Positions 1-12,408 of a stretch of 49,305 bases of DNA are shown in pieces; position 1 is the stretch's first letter, and every line of letters begins with the position of its first letter. Origin of the DNA: Chiloscyllium plagiosum (lineage: Eukaryota); assembly GCF_004010195.1 (NCBI RefSeq), contig NC_057718.1, forward strand, positions 79,551,721 to 79,601,025, given 5' to 3'. The translations under genes were made by a program, and so were the position numbers. The notes beneath the pieces are model-generated. The model saw only the letters and a list, made by a program, of their open reading frames with translations. It was not told the origin of the DNA and did no database searches.

Positions 1-234
1 TACTTCATACACCGTACATTATGTTTTTGTGATTCATGAACCAAAAAGTCCAGATTTGTCTGTACTTCAGAATTCTGCAATATCTTCTCTAGAGCATGAC
101 TTCTTATTTCATGTATCATGTGACAACATCCTCCATTTTTCTAACCAAAATTTTGCTCTTAAAAAATTAAACTGACTTAAAATAAAATTGCACGTGAAGG
201 TATTTTAGCACAGAGGAATGAATTTACAGGTGTG

Positions 235-507
235 AGATTAGATTTCCTACAGTGTGGAAACAGGCCCTTCGGCCCAGCAAGTCTACACCAACCCTCTAAA
301 GAGTAACCCACCCAGTCCCATTTTCCTAATGCACCTAACGCTATGGGCAATTTAGCATGGCCAATTCACCTGACCTGCACATCTTTGGACTGTGGGAGGA
401 AACTGGAGCACCCGGAGGAAACCCATGCAGACATGGGAAGAATGTGCAAACTCCACACAGACAGTCACCCGAGGCCAGAATCGAACCTGGGACCCTGGTG
501 CTGTGAG
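235..507 (-). mobile_element. HE1-type tRNA-derived V-SINE, slightly 5'-truncated
   Basis: Reverse complement shows part of the tRNA-like head, the V-domain core (TGTGTGGAGTTTGCACATTCT...GGGTTTCCTCCGGGTGCTCCAGTTTCCTCCCACA), a CR1-like 3' tail and a short TAATC-type repeat; near-identical to other copies in the window. Confidence 0.9.
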
Positions 508-509
508 CA

Positions 510-850
510 TATAAATTCAAGAGAGGTTATATACCCAGAAAGAATATTTCTCCTTTTGGAAGAACAAATTAGTGTTTAAAAATAAGATGTTTCCATTGAT
601 CATGAGATGAGGATAGTATTTTTTCTCTCAGAAGTCATGAGTAGAACTCTCTAAGAGAATGGTGGATACAGGGTAACTGAACACTTTTAAGGCAGAGGAA
701 GATAAATTGTTAACTCTTAATGGAGTCAAACATTATCAGTGAAGGGCGAGAATGTAGAGTTGAGGCCACTTTGAAATCATGATTTTATTGAATGGCACAG
801 AAGGCTCAAGGAGTCAAATGGCTGACTCCTGATCCTCACTCATGTCTTTA
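510..850 (+). mobile_element. Decayed CR1-clade LINE 3' end
   Basis: Resembles the other CR1 3' ends here (TTTAAGGCAGAG..GATA, ...CAAATGGCTGACTCCTGATCCT tail); no ORF. Confidence 0.6.
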
Positions 851-1580
851 TACACACTTTTAAATGGGTATATCTTAAAATATTCTCAATCATAATTCAC
901 CTCAAAAGGATATGTTGAATTGGCTTAATCACTTGTCAGAAGACCATCAAGAGATTTTCTCAAGGGCTACTTCTTAATTTTCAGGAACTCATCTGAAATT
1001 GTGGATAACAGTAGTAGCTGGTGGGTAAGAATAGAGGTTCAGGCAGCAGGGTTGCCACCAGTCACGACAGAAGGAATACTTCCAACAGATAGGAAAGTCA
1101 CAGGAAAAAGACTCTGAGAGGTAATGAAGATTAAGTTGGGTCAGGAAAGGTGTAAACTTTCTTTTTTGTTTCCCATGGCCTGACAAGAAAAATGAAATTT
1201 ATCTGGAGTGGTCTTGTCTGGTTTCCAATTCTGTTTCCATTATCCTTATGCATTTGGAAAGCTGCAGCAGTCACTCTACTCAGACCAGGATTTAAATTGC
1301 AGTCAGGACGATTATATTGTTGCTCTCCGATCTGTACATTTAAAGGAGGAAAGTCTTGGTTTTTGGTCAGTGCCATTATGGCCTTTTATGAACAGATCAA
1401 AATCTGGATTAGCATGAAACAAGCAGGAATTTATTGGGGTAAAGCACTCAGGATGATTTAACTATCTACCCATCTCTCCACCATGGGCAGTTAACATCAA
1501 AATCAGTTCCATAGAAAATTCTTAATAAATCAAAAACATTGCTTACTAACTTACATTAGCACTTGGGAATTTAATGCTTA

Positions 1581-1897
1581 CGGTGTGGCATAGTGGCTAG
1601 CACTGCTGCCTCACAGTGCCAGGGACCTGGGTTCAATTCCAGCCTCTGGGGACTCTCTGTGTGGAATTTGTGCAATCTCCCTGTATCTGCATGAGTTTAC
1701 TTTGGGTCCTCTGCTTTCCTCCCATATTCCAAAAATGTGCAGCTTAGGTGAATTGGCATGCTAAATTGCCCATAGTGTACAGGTTAGGTGCATTAGTCAG
1801 GGGTAAATGCAGGATAATGGGGTGGGTTACTCTTTGGAGGGTTGGTGTGAACCTGTTAGGCCAAAGGGCCCATTTCCACACTGTAGGGATTCTATGA
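1581..1897 (+). mobile_element. HE1-type V-SINE
   Basis: tRNA-like head with A and B boxes (GTGGCATAGTGG...GGTTCAATTCC), V-domain, tail CCACACTGTAGGGATTCTATGAT. Confidence 0.9.
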
Positions 1898-1914
1898 TCT
1901 TCTATGAAATACTG

Positions 1915-2085
1915 AACAACCAGATACTCATCATTCATTGCATTCACTTTTTATGGGAAGTTACTGTAGGCAAATTAACTGATTCATTTGCTTATATAAT
2001 GTCAGGGACTATCCTTCAAAAAGTAATGCAATCGATGTGAAGCACTTTGGGGTCTCCTTAGATTATAATTATATAAACAAGGGTA
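1915..2085 (+). mobile_element. DeuSINE-like 3' relic
   Basis: Similar to the 3' part of the 14968-15292 relic (...CTTCAAAAAGTA...TGTGAAGCACTTTGGG...). Confidence 0.45.
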
Positions 2086-3721
2086 TTTTCATTCTGTAAT
2101 ATGGACTTTTACAATAAGACAACAGAAAATGTATATATTTATAACTTCTTCTAACATAAAATAATGTAGAAGTCATACCCAATTCAACTCAGACCCTTTC
2201 TATTTTCTATAGCTAATAAATCTTATCAGACTATTTGGAATCCAACAGTTTCTTTATTTTGAATGTTCCACATTAAATTATAGTTAGTGTAAGGTCTTAG
2301 GACAGAGTGCCACTTTAAGTCAACTGTTGCAGCTGATCTTTAATGGAAGGTTTGGAAACATGAGTTAGATGACTATGGTGAATGACAGGAGCTGTTGTTA
2401 TCAGTGACGGTTGGTGCAATTATCACCACATGACTGCACTGATCTGTTACTTACTGTATGCTGCAGTATAAATAGTCGCTCAAGTTTACCCATGTTTCAG
2501 TTCAATATTGTGGTTCTGCTTTATGTCAATTTTCCAAATAGGAAGCTCGGTGCAATTTACTCAGAGATAACCTTCTGGAAACACTGAAAACTACACTCTC
2601 CAGTGCCCTGAAAATTGTTTTACTAAATTGCGATCCACTTATCTTGGGGAAAGATTCTCAAAATTGGAGTCTAGACCTATTTCTGACCTTTCGGTGAAAG
2701 GGTTGCTGATTGAACTGGGAGAAACAGCTGGCATTTGGGCAACCTTTGATAAGTGAAAATGGTACAAAATTACTGCAATCAATATTAAAAAGGACAGCTT
2801 GCCTTGTGGTGTAGGTGAGACTTTCAGCATGCTACTACTGCTGGCTTCTGATCTAATGCTGTGGCTTTTCACACCCAATTGAACTGTGACAAGCATGACT
2901 GGCTTCTAGAGAAGAGTCATGGTTAAATCAAAATTTGTGTAGAGTTAAAGAAAAAGGGATATTTCAATGGAAATTTACAATTTAGAAGGATAAACTTCTT
3001 TAAGGTCCTCGTTAATTGGAAGGTTCAAATGTCTAGTTTATTGCATGACAGCAATCAGGTATGAGTTGCATTAGTAAGTCAGACATTGTTGCTAAGACTA
3101 TTGGGAAGCCTAGGATAGCAGGTTAAGCCTCTTCGAGATTCCACGATGTTCAGTCTTTTAGCAGCAAGTCCTTAGGATATCAATAGGGCACGACTTGATT
3201 CTGTTTTGTGGTTTACTATGTATGTTAGTCTGCATAATACATAACACAGTTGATTTCTTCTTGAGTCAGATATGTTAAGTTCATTTGCAATGCAAATGTT
3301 TTACAAGGTTACAACATTACAGACTCGCACATGTGGTCTGGATTCTATGCTTATTGATGTTACTGTATTTTATACATACAAATTGCTGACTGACTCCATT
3401 ACGTAAAAATTCAGACTGAAGGTGAGCTGGTACTTTAAAACCAGAAAGTGACAAGTTGCGATTTAATGAAATTGTCTTAAAAATACAGCCTGTATGGTTC
3501 AAAATCTGTTGCATAATACAAGAGGAATTAATGCAGTCATCAGCATTAACCATTTTGATATATCACCCATATAACAGTTACGTTTATAAGTTTATAATTG
3601 TAATATTGTATAGCAATTTGTTCTAGTCAAATACATTTAGTGTTTACTTTGATTACAAAATGTTCCATTGGTTGCGGCTCTAAATTTGGAAATCCTGGAT
3701 AAATCATTGCTTAAAAGTAAT

Positions 3722-4866
3722 TGATATTATCCCCACTGTACTCACTGTACACCCATGACTGTGTAGCCGAATTTCAAATGAACACCATTTACAAGTTCGC
3801 TGATGACATAACTATAGTAGGTCAGATATCTAATGACAATGAGTCAAAATACAGAAGGGAGATAGAGGGCTTGGTGACATGGTGCAATAAGAACAATTTG
3901 TCTCTCAACATTAGCAAAATTAAAGAACTGATCATTGATGTCAGAAAGAAAGGAGAAGAACAATCCCCCCTCCCCCCATTTAGGAGAGCATCACGTTCCT
4001 CGGAGCGACGATAACTGACAACTGGACTTCCCACATAGATGTGACGGTCAAGGAAACACAACAATGGGGTGGCATGGTGGCTCAGTGGTTAGCATTGCTG
4101 CCTCACAGCACCAGGGACCCAGGTTCGATTCCTGCCTCAGGTAACTGACTGCGTGGAGTTTGCACATTCTCCCCGCGTCTGCATGGGTTTCCTCCGGGTG
4201 CTCCAGTTTCTTCCCACAATCCAAAGATGTGCAGGTTAAGTGAATTGGTCATGCTAAATAGCCCATAGTCGGGGTGAATAAGGGGAATGGGCCTGGGTGG
4301 GTTACTCTTCAGGGAGTCGGTATGGGCTGAAGGGCATGCTTCCATAGTGTAGGAAATCTAATCTAATCTAATCTTCCTCAGGCAGCTCAGGGAATTTGGC
4401 ATGTCCATTAGGACCCTTACCAATGTTGACAGATGACGATTGAAAGCATACTGTCCGGGTGCATAATGGCTGGTATGGTAACTGCTCTGCCCAGGTCTGT
4501 AAGAAACTGTAGAAGGTGATGTGCACAGTCCTAGACCACCATGGAAGCCTGCCGCGAAAGGCTGCCAACATCATCAAAGACCCACTGCACCCTGGTAATG
4601 ATCTCCTACAACCTCTTCCATCAGGCAGAAGATACAGAAGCCTGAACACATGCACCAGCAAGTTCAGGACCAGCTTCCTCCCGGCCATCATTAGACTGAT
4701 AAATGGACTGTCTAGCCTCAATAAGCGATGTAATCTGTACACCTCTGTCCAAGTCTTTTTGAGCTATACATCCTTGCTTACTATGATCTGCCTGTACTGC
4801 TTGTAAACAAAGCTTTTCGCTGTACTTCAGTACATGTGACAACAAGTCAATCAATCAATCAATCAA
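3722..4866 (+). mobile_element. 5'-truncated non-LTR retrotransposon, Rex1/Babar-like, interrupted by a SINE
   Basis: ORF 3721-4014 has RT motif YKFADD and WCNKNNLSLNISKIKELIID; ORF 4516-4806 has DPLHPG..LLQPLPSGRRYRS..SFLP, typical of the C-terminus of this clade; ends in a (TCAA)n tail at about 4847-4866. Confidence 0.8.
4066..4374 (+). mobile_element. HE1-type V-SINE inserted in the Rex/Babar-like LINE
   Basis: Full head GGCATGGTGGCTCAGTGGTTAGC...GGTTCGATTCC, V-domain, (ATCTA)n tail; LINE sequence resumes on the far side. Confidence 0.92.
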
Positions 4867-4879
4867 ACGTTTTCCTACG

Positions 4880-5337
4880 TAGAGTCATAGAGATGTACAG
4901 CATGGAAACAGATCCTTCGGTCCAACCAGTCCACGCCGACCCAGATATCCCAACCCAATCTAGTCCCACCTGCCAGCATCCGGCCCATATCCCTCCAAAC
5001 TCTTCCTATTCATATACCCATCCAAATGCCTCTTAAATATTGCAATTGTACCAGCCTCCACCACATCCTCTGGCAGCTCATTCCATACACGTACCACCCT
5101 CTGCGTGAAAAAGTTGCCCCTTAGGTCTCTTTTATATCTTTCCCCCTCACCCTAAACCTATGCCCTCTAGTTCTGGACTCCCTGACCCCAGGGAAAAGAC
5201 CTTGTCTATTTATCCTATCTATGCCCCTCATAATTTTGTAAACCTCTATAAGGTCAGCCTCCGACGCTCCAGGGAAAACTGCCCCAGCCTGTTCAGCCTC
5301 TCCCTGTAGCTCAGATTCTGGCAACATCCTTGTAAAC
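4880..5337 (-). mobile_element. CR1-clade LINE 3' end (HER1-like)
   Basis: ORF 5121-5339 gives DLIEVYKIMRGIDR..GLFPGV.ESRTRGH, a CR1 ORF2 C-terminus; tail CTCTATGACTCTA on the minus strand. Confidence 0.88.
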
Positions 5338-5489
5338 ATCCTACAGAAATCTCGATTCTTAAGTAATCTTAGCTAATTTTCAGGAGTCATTATAAATCTG
5401 ATTCTCTAAAACTTAGTGGGAAGATTGGCCCTTGCCTACAGCAATTTTTAAATCATGGGCTCGTGTCCCATAAATTTCTGACATAGTAG

Positions 5490-6485
5490 TATAGAAGCAC
5501 AGAAACTAGGGGTTGAAGTTTAACCTATTGAACCCACTCTACCATTCAACATGATCATAGCTGACCCTCCACCTCAATGCCATTCTCCTACTCTGCCCCT
5601 CCATCCATATTCCTTGATGTCTTTAGCCTCTAGAAACATATTCAGTGACTTGGCTGCCACACCCTTCTATGGCAGAGAATTCCACAGCTTCCCCATTTTA
5701 TGAATAAAGATTTTTTTCTAAAGCTTAGTTCAAAAATGCCTATCCCCTATCCTGAGATTATGGCCCTTTGTCTTGGGGCCTCCAGCCAGGGAAAACACGA
5801 TCCCTGCATTAGTCTGTTCAGTCCTGTCAGAATTTGATATGTTTCATGGTGATCCATTAGACGTAGGAACAGAAGGAGGCCATTCAGCCCACTGAGTCTG
5901 CTCTGCCATTCAATGAAATATTGGCAGATCTGATTATCTTCGAATCCATTTTCCTACCTCCCTTCTCATTTTCCAAATTTCAGTGAATACAGCCTCAGTT
6001 GATCCAATCATTTCCCCTATTACAAACCTACCATCTCAGGAATCAGCCTGATGAATTTTTGCTGAGCTTTCTCCATGTCAAGTTTGTCTTTTTTTAACTA
6101 AGGAGAACAAAACACAATACTCCAGGTACCAAAGCCCTGTACAGTTGCAATAAGACTTTCTTACTGCTGTACTCACACACTCTTGCAATGAAGGCTAACA
6201 TAGCTGATGAAGAAGCAGCACTTTGAAAGCTAGTGATTCCAAATAAACCTATTGGACTATAACCTGGTGTTGTGTGATTTTTAACTGTGACCAACATCAG
6301 CACCTCCAAAACATAACATTAGCCTTCCTAATTGCTTCCTGCATCTGAATGAGCAGTATACAAAAGTACTTAGGTCCCTTTATACACTGACATTTCCAAA
6401 TCATCATTATTAAATAATATTCCAACATTTTGTTTTCATACCAAAGTGGACAACTTTGCACTTATCCACATTATACTTCATTGGC
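5490..6485 (-). mobile_element. Cluster of older CR1-clade LINE fragments
   Basis: Several CR1-like 3' ends on the minus strand; ORF 6094-6309 contains MLAFIAR..EYSSKKVLLQLYRALV, a CR1 ORF2 motif. Confidence 0.7.
6204..6309 (+). mobile_element. Penelope pseudo-LTR mini-element (family A) with decayed hammerhead motif
   Basis: Starts at CTGATGA (6204), GAAAGCTAGTG at 6225-6235, then sequence matching the 3' end of the Penelope element at 8163-8249; AACATA duplicated at 6197-6202 and 6310-6315. Confidence 0.8.
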
Positions 6486-6496
6486 CGTGGATAAAG

Positions 6497-6873
6497 AATG
6501 TGCTCTTAGACAAATTTGATGAAAGTTCACTTTGAGTATCCTTAGTGTATCTGAAATAGATTAGATTCCCTACAGTGTGGAAACAGGCCCTTCAGCCCAA
6601 CAAGTCCACACTGACCGTCCGAAGAGTAACCCACGCAGACCCATTTCCCTCTGACTAATGCACCTAACACTATGGGCAATTTAGCATGGCTAATTCACCT
6701 GGCCTGCACATATTTTGGATTGTGGGAGGAAACCGGAGAATCCAGAGAAAACCCACGCAGACATGGGGAGAATGTGCAAACTCCACACAGGCAGTCGCCC
6801 GAGGCTGGAATCAAACCCGGGTCCCTGGCGCTGTGAGGCAGCAGTGCTAACCACTGAGCCACCGTGCTGCCCC
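6497..6873 (-). mobile_element. HE1-type V-SINE, full length
   Basis: Complete tRNA head, V-domain and tail on the minus strand; several CpGs retained. Confidence 0.93.
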
Positions 6874-7157
6874 TGTAGTAGGTAAAGGTAGATCATATCG
6901 AGATTTTATTTCCAAAGGAAATTGAAAAATAAATGCTGCTGCACGGTTTGTTTGAAATCCATGGTGGATGGTACAGTACTTCTGGCATTTTATGGCTATT
7001 CAGAATGATTTAAACCTAGCTCCATCTTCCTATTTCAGCCCTCCCTGGGACTCCTGGCTGACAGAAAAGGATGAAAGTCAGGGATATTGGGCTCCATGAA
7101 TGCCTGACTCAGTGAGAGGCAGTGCTACTGTCAAAGGCTATGCTTTTATAAACAAGA

Positions 7158-7368
7158 TTCGGAGATGCCGGTGTTGGACTGGGGTGTACAAAGTTAAAAA
7201 TCACACAACACCAGGTTATAGTCCAACAGGTTTAATTGGAAGCACACTAGCGTTCGGAGCGACACTCCTTCATCTCACCTGATGAAGGAGCGTCGCTCCG
7301 AAAGCTAATGTGCTTCCAATTAAACCTATTGGACTATAACCTGGTGTTGTGTCATTTCTAACTTTGTA
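7158..7368. mobile_element. Head-to-head inverted pair of family A Penelope pseudo-LTRs
   Basis: About 7187-7274 is the reverse complement of about 7281-7368; TAAACAAGA duplicated at 7149-7157 and 7367-7375. Confidence 0.88.
7276..7310 (+). ncRNA. Minimal type I hammerhead ribozyme motif (one stem I mismatch)
   Basis: CAC-CUGAUGA-A-GGAGC GUC GCUCC-GAAA-GC-UA-AUG. Confidence 0.7.
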
Positions 7369-7379
7369 AACAAGAAGTG

Positions 7380-8160
7380 ATTGGTGATTTGCCAGCCTCT
7401 GAAGAGTTATTTCAAGCCAAAAATGGTTGTGGATGCAAATTAGGTGGCTTTCTGGAGAGATTCCCACAGAATATCATACCTAAATATACAAAGGAACTTC
7501 AAACAATACTCCTTCAAAGGGGAAAGAGACAAGTCAAAACTGATTGCACTATGATCTCTGGTGACTATAAAGATAATGAGAGGTGATGACCTCCACCCAC
7601 CCCTTCTCAACAGCAAGCCATGCCCTGAAGATAATATCCCACAGTGCCAACACATTTTGTGATTTTCCCTTTGAAGAATTCACAAGACAGGTGTTAAAAA
7701 GCCACCTTCAATACTGTTGGAAAGTGCAAGTGAGACTGAATGTCCTCATGTGTATTACTTGGGCTCAAGTGTTAGCATGCTGTGAAGGCTACAGTTGGAG
7801 GAGTATCCCCTAGTCAACTCCTGCATTGCATGTAAAGACTTTCTCCTACTCTGAGTCCGAGAAATCAGCTATTGAGCAGCCAGAGAAAAGGAAACAGGAC
7901 AACAAAAGGACTTTATCTCACCTTGACTGTCTTTCAATTTAAGACTGATCCATATTTCTTCATTAACTTTTATCTTTTTGGTCTTGCCTTTCTTTTTAAT
8001 CTTGTGCATGTGTTGTGTTTCTAATTTTTCCTGTGCTTAGTAATGAATAAACTCACTCTTTGTTAATGCAAGAAAGCCTGATTAGATTATATCCCTTTAA
8101 AACATACGTTAATTTGGGTCTTGGACAAAAGTATTCACAAGGGAAGCAAGCTATTTTTAA
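7380..8160 (+). repeat. Unclassified dispersed repeat, possibly LTR-like
   Basis: 8047-8100 (AATAAACTCACTCTTTGTTAATGCAAGAAAGCCTGATTA) recurs at about 37469-37525; boundaries uncertain. Confidence 0.4.
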
Positions 8161-8214
8161 ATGTTAAAAATCACACAACACCAGGTTATAGTCCAACAGG
8201 TTTAATTGGAAGCA

Positions 8215-8249
8215 CACTAGCTTTCGGAGCGACGCTCCTTCATCAGGTG
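8215..8249 (-). ncRNA. Minimal type I hammerhead ribozyme motif in the Penelope 3' pseudo-LTR
   Basis: Minus strand reads CAC-CUGAUGA-A-GGAGC GUC GCUCC-GAAA-GC-UA-GUG: intact core, stem I CAC/GUG, 5-bp stem II, palindromic AGCU stem III, CUA cleavage triplet. Confidence 0.8.
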
Positions 8250-8679
8250 ATAGTGGAGGGCTCAATCCTAACACACAGAATTTATAGCAAAAATTTACAG
8301 TGTGATGTAACTAAAAGTATACATTGAAAAATTGATTGTCTGTTAAGCCTTTCATCTGTTAGAACACCGTGATAGTTTGACTTCTTTCATGTGTAAAACA
8401 CAAAACCTTTTTTTTAAAAAGTTGCATTCTCAGGTTAGCTGTTAACAATGGTGATAGCTAGACAATAGGTTGAAGGTGTTGGTCCCTGTGTTCTCTGTCT
8501 ATGCCATGATGTTTAGATTGATTCTAATCTAAAAAGTGAGATAACAGAGTTTCACATGAATTCATGCAGTTTTTGAGCTCAGAGTTCTACATGAATGCAT
8601 GCGGTTTTTGAGCAAAGTACAATGTAACCCTGCAAGTACAAATTCACCCCACAAAATATATCCGTGCATGTGGGTCTTT

Positions 8680-8935
8680 GTCTGTCTGCGTGTGTGTGTC
8701 TGTCTGGGTTGGGGGTTGTGAGTGTGAGAAAGTGTATGTGTGTGTGTATTGAGTGCAGAGTGTCTTAAGTCTGTGAGGGGGTGTATGTGTGAGTGTGGGA
8801 GTGTGTGTCTGTAAGGGTGTGTGTGGGTGTCTGTGTGCGTGTCTGTGTGTCCGTGTGTATGTGTGCATAGGAGTGCCTGTGTGTGTGTGTGAGAGTGTGT
8901 GTGTGTGTGTGTGTAGGAGTGTCCGTGTGAGTGTA
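8680..8935. repeat. Degenerate (TG)n/(CA)n microsatellite inside the Penelope 3' region
   Basis: Long interrupted TG runs; source of the spurious HT-repeat ORFs. Confidence 0.9.
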
Positions 8936-8984
8936 TAGTGCAATGGTGGTCACCTGTAATGTGACATGAACCCAAGGTCCCGGT

Positions 8985-11139
8985 TGAGTACCGAACTTAG
9001 CTATCAGCCTCTGCTTGGCCAGTTTTTGCTGCTGCCTGTCCCGAAGTCCACCTTGGGGGATGGTCACCCGAAGGTCTGAGGCTGAATGTCCTGGACCACT
9101 GAAGTGTTCCCCAACTGGGAGGGAACACTCCTGTCTGTTGATTGTTGTGCAGTGCCCATTCATCCGTTGTCGTAGCCTTTGCTCGGTTTCCCCAATGTAC
9201 CATGCCTCCGGGCATCTTGCCTGCAATGTATAAGATAAACAACATTGGCTGAGTCACATGAGTACCTGCCATGTATAACGTGGGAGGTGTCCACACGCGT
9301 AATGGTGGTACCTATGTCCACACTCTGACATGTCTTGCAGCGCCTACCGTGACAGGGTTGTATGGAGTTGTCCTGAGAGCCGGGCAGCTTGCTACGAACA
9401 ATAATCTGTTTGAGGTTTGGCAGTTGTTTAAAGGCAAGTAGTGTAGGTGTGGGGAAGGTCTTGGTGAGGTGCTCATCCTCATTGATAATGTGTTGCAGGT
9501 CACGAGGAACATGGCGTAATTTTTCAGCTCCTGGGAAATACTGAACAATGAAGGGTACCTTGTCGGTTGCAGCACGTGTCTGTCTCCTGAGGAGGTCATT
9601 ACGGTTCCTTGCTGTGGCATGTCGGAACTGGCGGTCGATGAGTTGGGCATTGTACCCCATTCTTGCGAGGGCATCCCTGAGTACTTCCAGGTGTCCGTCA
9701 TGTTCGTCCTCATCTGAGCAGATCCGGTGTATGTGTAGGGCTTGTCCATAGGGGATGGCTGTTTTAATATGTTTTGGGTGGAAGCTGGAGAAGTGTAGCA
9801 TTATGAGGTTGTCTGTGGGTTTGCGGTAGAGTGTGATGCTGAGGTGTCCATCCTTGATGGAGATGCATGTGTCCAAGAATGAGTCAGATAGTAGAGAGTA
9901 GTCCATTGTGAGTTTGATGGTGGGATGGAACTTGATAGTATCACTGTGTAGTTTTATCAGTGACTCCTCGCCATGGGCCCAGAGGAAGAAAATGTCGTCA
10001 ATATACCTTGTGTATAATGTTGGTTGGAGGTCCTGTGTAGAGAAGAAGTCTAGTTCGAACCTGTGCATAAAGATGTTGGCATATTGGGGTGCAAATTTTG
10101 TCCCCATAGCTGTTCCATGTGTCTGGATGAAGAACTGGTTGTCAAAGGTGAAGACGTTGTGATCGAGGATAAAGTGGATGAGTTGTAGGACAATGTTTGG
10201 AGTTTGGCAGTTGTTGGTGTTGAGTACTGAGGCTGTTGTCGCGATGCCGTCATTGTGGGGGATGCTGGTGTAGAGTGCTGAAATGTCCATTGTGACGAGG
10301 AATGTTTCCGGTATGACTGGTCCGTGGGTGCTGAGATTCTGTAAGAAATCCGTAGCATTGCGACAGAAGCTGGGGATCCCCTGTGCATTAAGTTTCAAGA
10401 TGCCTTCAACATAACCAGAGAGATTCTCACACAGGGTCCCATTGCCTGATACGATGGGATGTCCTGGTGTGTTGGCTTTGTGTATCTTTGGAAGGCAGTA
10501 GAAGTCGCCTACATGAGAAGTACGTGGGATGAGGGAACGTAGGGAACTCTGAAGGACTGGATCCAAAGTTCTGATCAGTGTGTTTAATTCACGGGTGTGT
10601 TCTTTGGTTGGATCAGCTGGTAGTTGCCTGTAGTGTTCCTGGTTGTTCAGTTGTCGTTAAACTTCCTTGCAGTAATCTGTTCTATTCTGAATGACATTGG
10701 CTCCTCCTTTATCTGCTGGTTTGATGACAATGTTGTGATTGGTTTTGAGAGCCTGGATGGCATTGTGTTGTGAACAGGTAATGTTTTGCTCTACCTTTGG
10801 GTACGGCTGATGAATCTGGCATTTATATATTTACTGACGGCAGCGGCCCTCCGGTGGGGTCCAGGTTGACACCTTCTTTGGTCGCTCCTCTACAGATTCC
10901 TGTGATGACTGTACCAGTTCATCAGTGGGCTCATTGGGATCACTGCTGGCATCTTGAAAGAATTCCCGGAGTCTCATTCGTCTGATGAACTCCTCCGTGT
11001 CTGCTGCCAGAACCAACGGGTCCATTTTGGTGGTGGGGCAGAAGTTGAGACCCCTTCTCAGGACTTCAATCTCTTCCGGTCGAAGGGTGTGGTCTGATAA
11101 GTTGATAATAGACTTCCCCGCAGTGATAATGTTATCCAC
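8985..11139 (-). pseudogene. Disrupted Penelope ORF: reverse transcriptase and GIY-YIG endonuclease
   Basis: FYCLPKIHK, MDISALYTSI, GTAMGTKFAP, RYIDD, YRKPT, PCHGRRCKTC, VVYLIHC / CPEAWYIGET..LRQRMNGH. Frameshifts near 10800-10830 and 9220, and an in-frame stop near 10658. Confidence 0.92.
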
Positions 11140-11199
11140 TGTGGTGCCAGGGTGGGCTTTGCTATAGCTGGTGAGAATGCCAAGTTTCTCCAGTTTTGA

Positions 11200-11935
11200 A
11201 AAAGTTGGTAAATGGACTATAATGTGGACAAATTTGAAATTGTTCAGTTTGAAAGGAAGAATTATTTAAATGGAGAGAAACTACAGAAAGCCTCAACACA
11301 AAGTGACTTGGGAGTACATGTGCACAAAACACAAAAAACTAGCACACAGGTGAAGCAGGTAATCAGGAAGCCTAATGGCCCTTACTTCGAGAGGATTGGA
11401 ATATAAGAATAGAAAGTCTGGCTGCAACTACACAAAGTGCTGGTGAGACCACATCTGGAGTGCTGTGAGTTTTGCATTGGAGACAGTTCAGAGAAGGTTC
11501 ACTTGGATGATCATTGGTATCCATGTACTTTGAGCCAAGATTAAACAGGTTGAGACTCTACTCATTGGAATTTAGAAGGATAAGAGGTGATCTCACTGAA
11601 ACACGTAGAAATCTTAAAAGCATTGACAGTGTGAATGCTAAGAGGATGTTTAGCCTCATTGAAGAGTCGAAGACCAGAGGGCGTAGTTTCAGAATGAAGG
11701 GGTGCCAATTTAAGACTGAGATGAGGAGAATTTCTACTCTCACAGGGTTGTGAAGTTTTGGAACTTCTTGCTACAGAGATCTGTGGGGCAGAGTCCTTGT
11801 GTATATTAAGGCTGAGGTAGACATATTCTCAATCAACAAGGAAATCAAGGATGATGGGAAAATGCAGGAAAGTGGAAGCTAAATCAGCTGGTTCAGGGCG
11901 CCAAGCGGCTGACTCCTGTTCCTATTTCTTATGGA
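11200..11935 (+). mobile_element. CR1-clade LINE 3' fragment
   Basis: ORFs 11212-11406 and 11514-11753 give RLNRLRLYSLEFRRIRGDL.E and ESKTRG; tail GGCTGACTCCTGTTCCTATTTCTTATG. Confidence 0.85.
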
Positions 11936-12084
11936 GTTAACACTTTGATTTTAAAACTCTTAAATTTGGACCATGGCAAATTTGGCTTTATAATGATTCT
12001 GTGAAGCACTACGAGATTTTTATTGCTTTCAAGGCCTTAAATACATATAAGTTGCTGTTATGTGAATGCAATGTTATAAACATT

Positions 12085-12408
12085 GGTGGCATTGTGACTC
12101 AGTGGTTAGCACTGCTGCCTCACAGTGCCAGGGACCTGAATTCAATTCCAGCCTTGGGTGACTGTCTGCGTGGAGTTTGCATGTTCACCCTGTCTGCATG
12201 GGTTTCCACCCACAATCCAAAGATGTGCAGGTTAGGTGACTTGGCCATGCTAAATTGCCCGTAGTATTCAGGGATGTGTAGATTAGGTGCATTAGTCAGG
12301 GGTAAATATAGGGTAGGGGAGTGGGCCTGGGTGGATTACTGTTTGGAGGGTCAGTGTGGACATATTGGGCTGAAGGGCCTGTTTCCACACTGTAGGGATT
12401 CTATTCTA
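12085..12408 (+). mobile_element. HE1-type V-SINE
   Basis: tRNA head, V-domain with a small deletion, tail GGGATTCTATTCTA. Confidence 0.9.

Larger units (their letters stand above)
8163..11190 (-). mobile_element. Penelope-like retroelement (RT + GIY-YIG), probably Neptune group, 5'-truncated
   Basis: N-terminus IINLSDHTL...LRRGLNFCPT (ORF 10831-11139); IVIKPADKGG at about 10705-10735; RT in ORF 9160-10566; Cys-rich linker; GIY-YIG; CA-rich 3' region; pseudo-LTR end at 8163-8270. Confidence 0.95.

Noticed and set aside
1192..1461. Overlapping 69-89 aa ORFs in unique sequence
   Set aside because: No recognisable domain or convincing splice signals; length is within chance expectation.
8562..8975. 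His/Thr-rich ORFs (137 aa and 99 aa)
   Set aside because: Translation of the (CA)n microsatellite in the Penelope 3' region.
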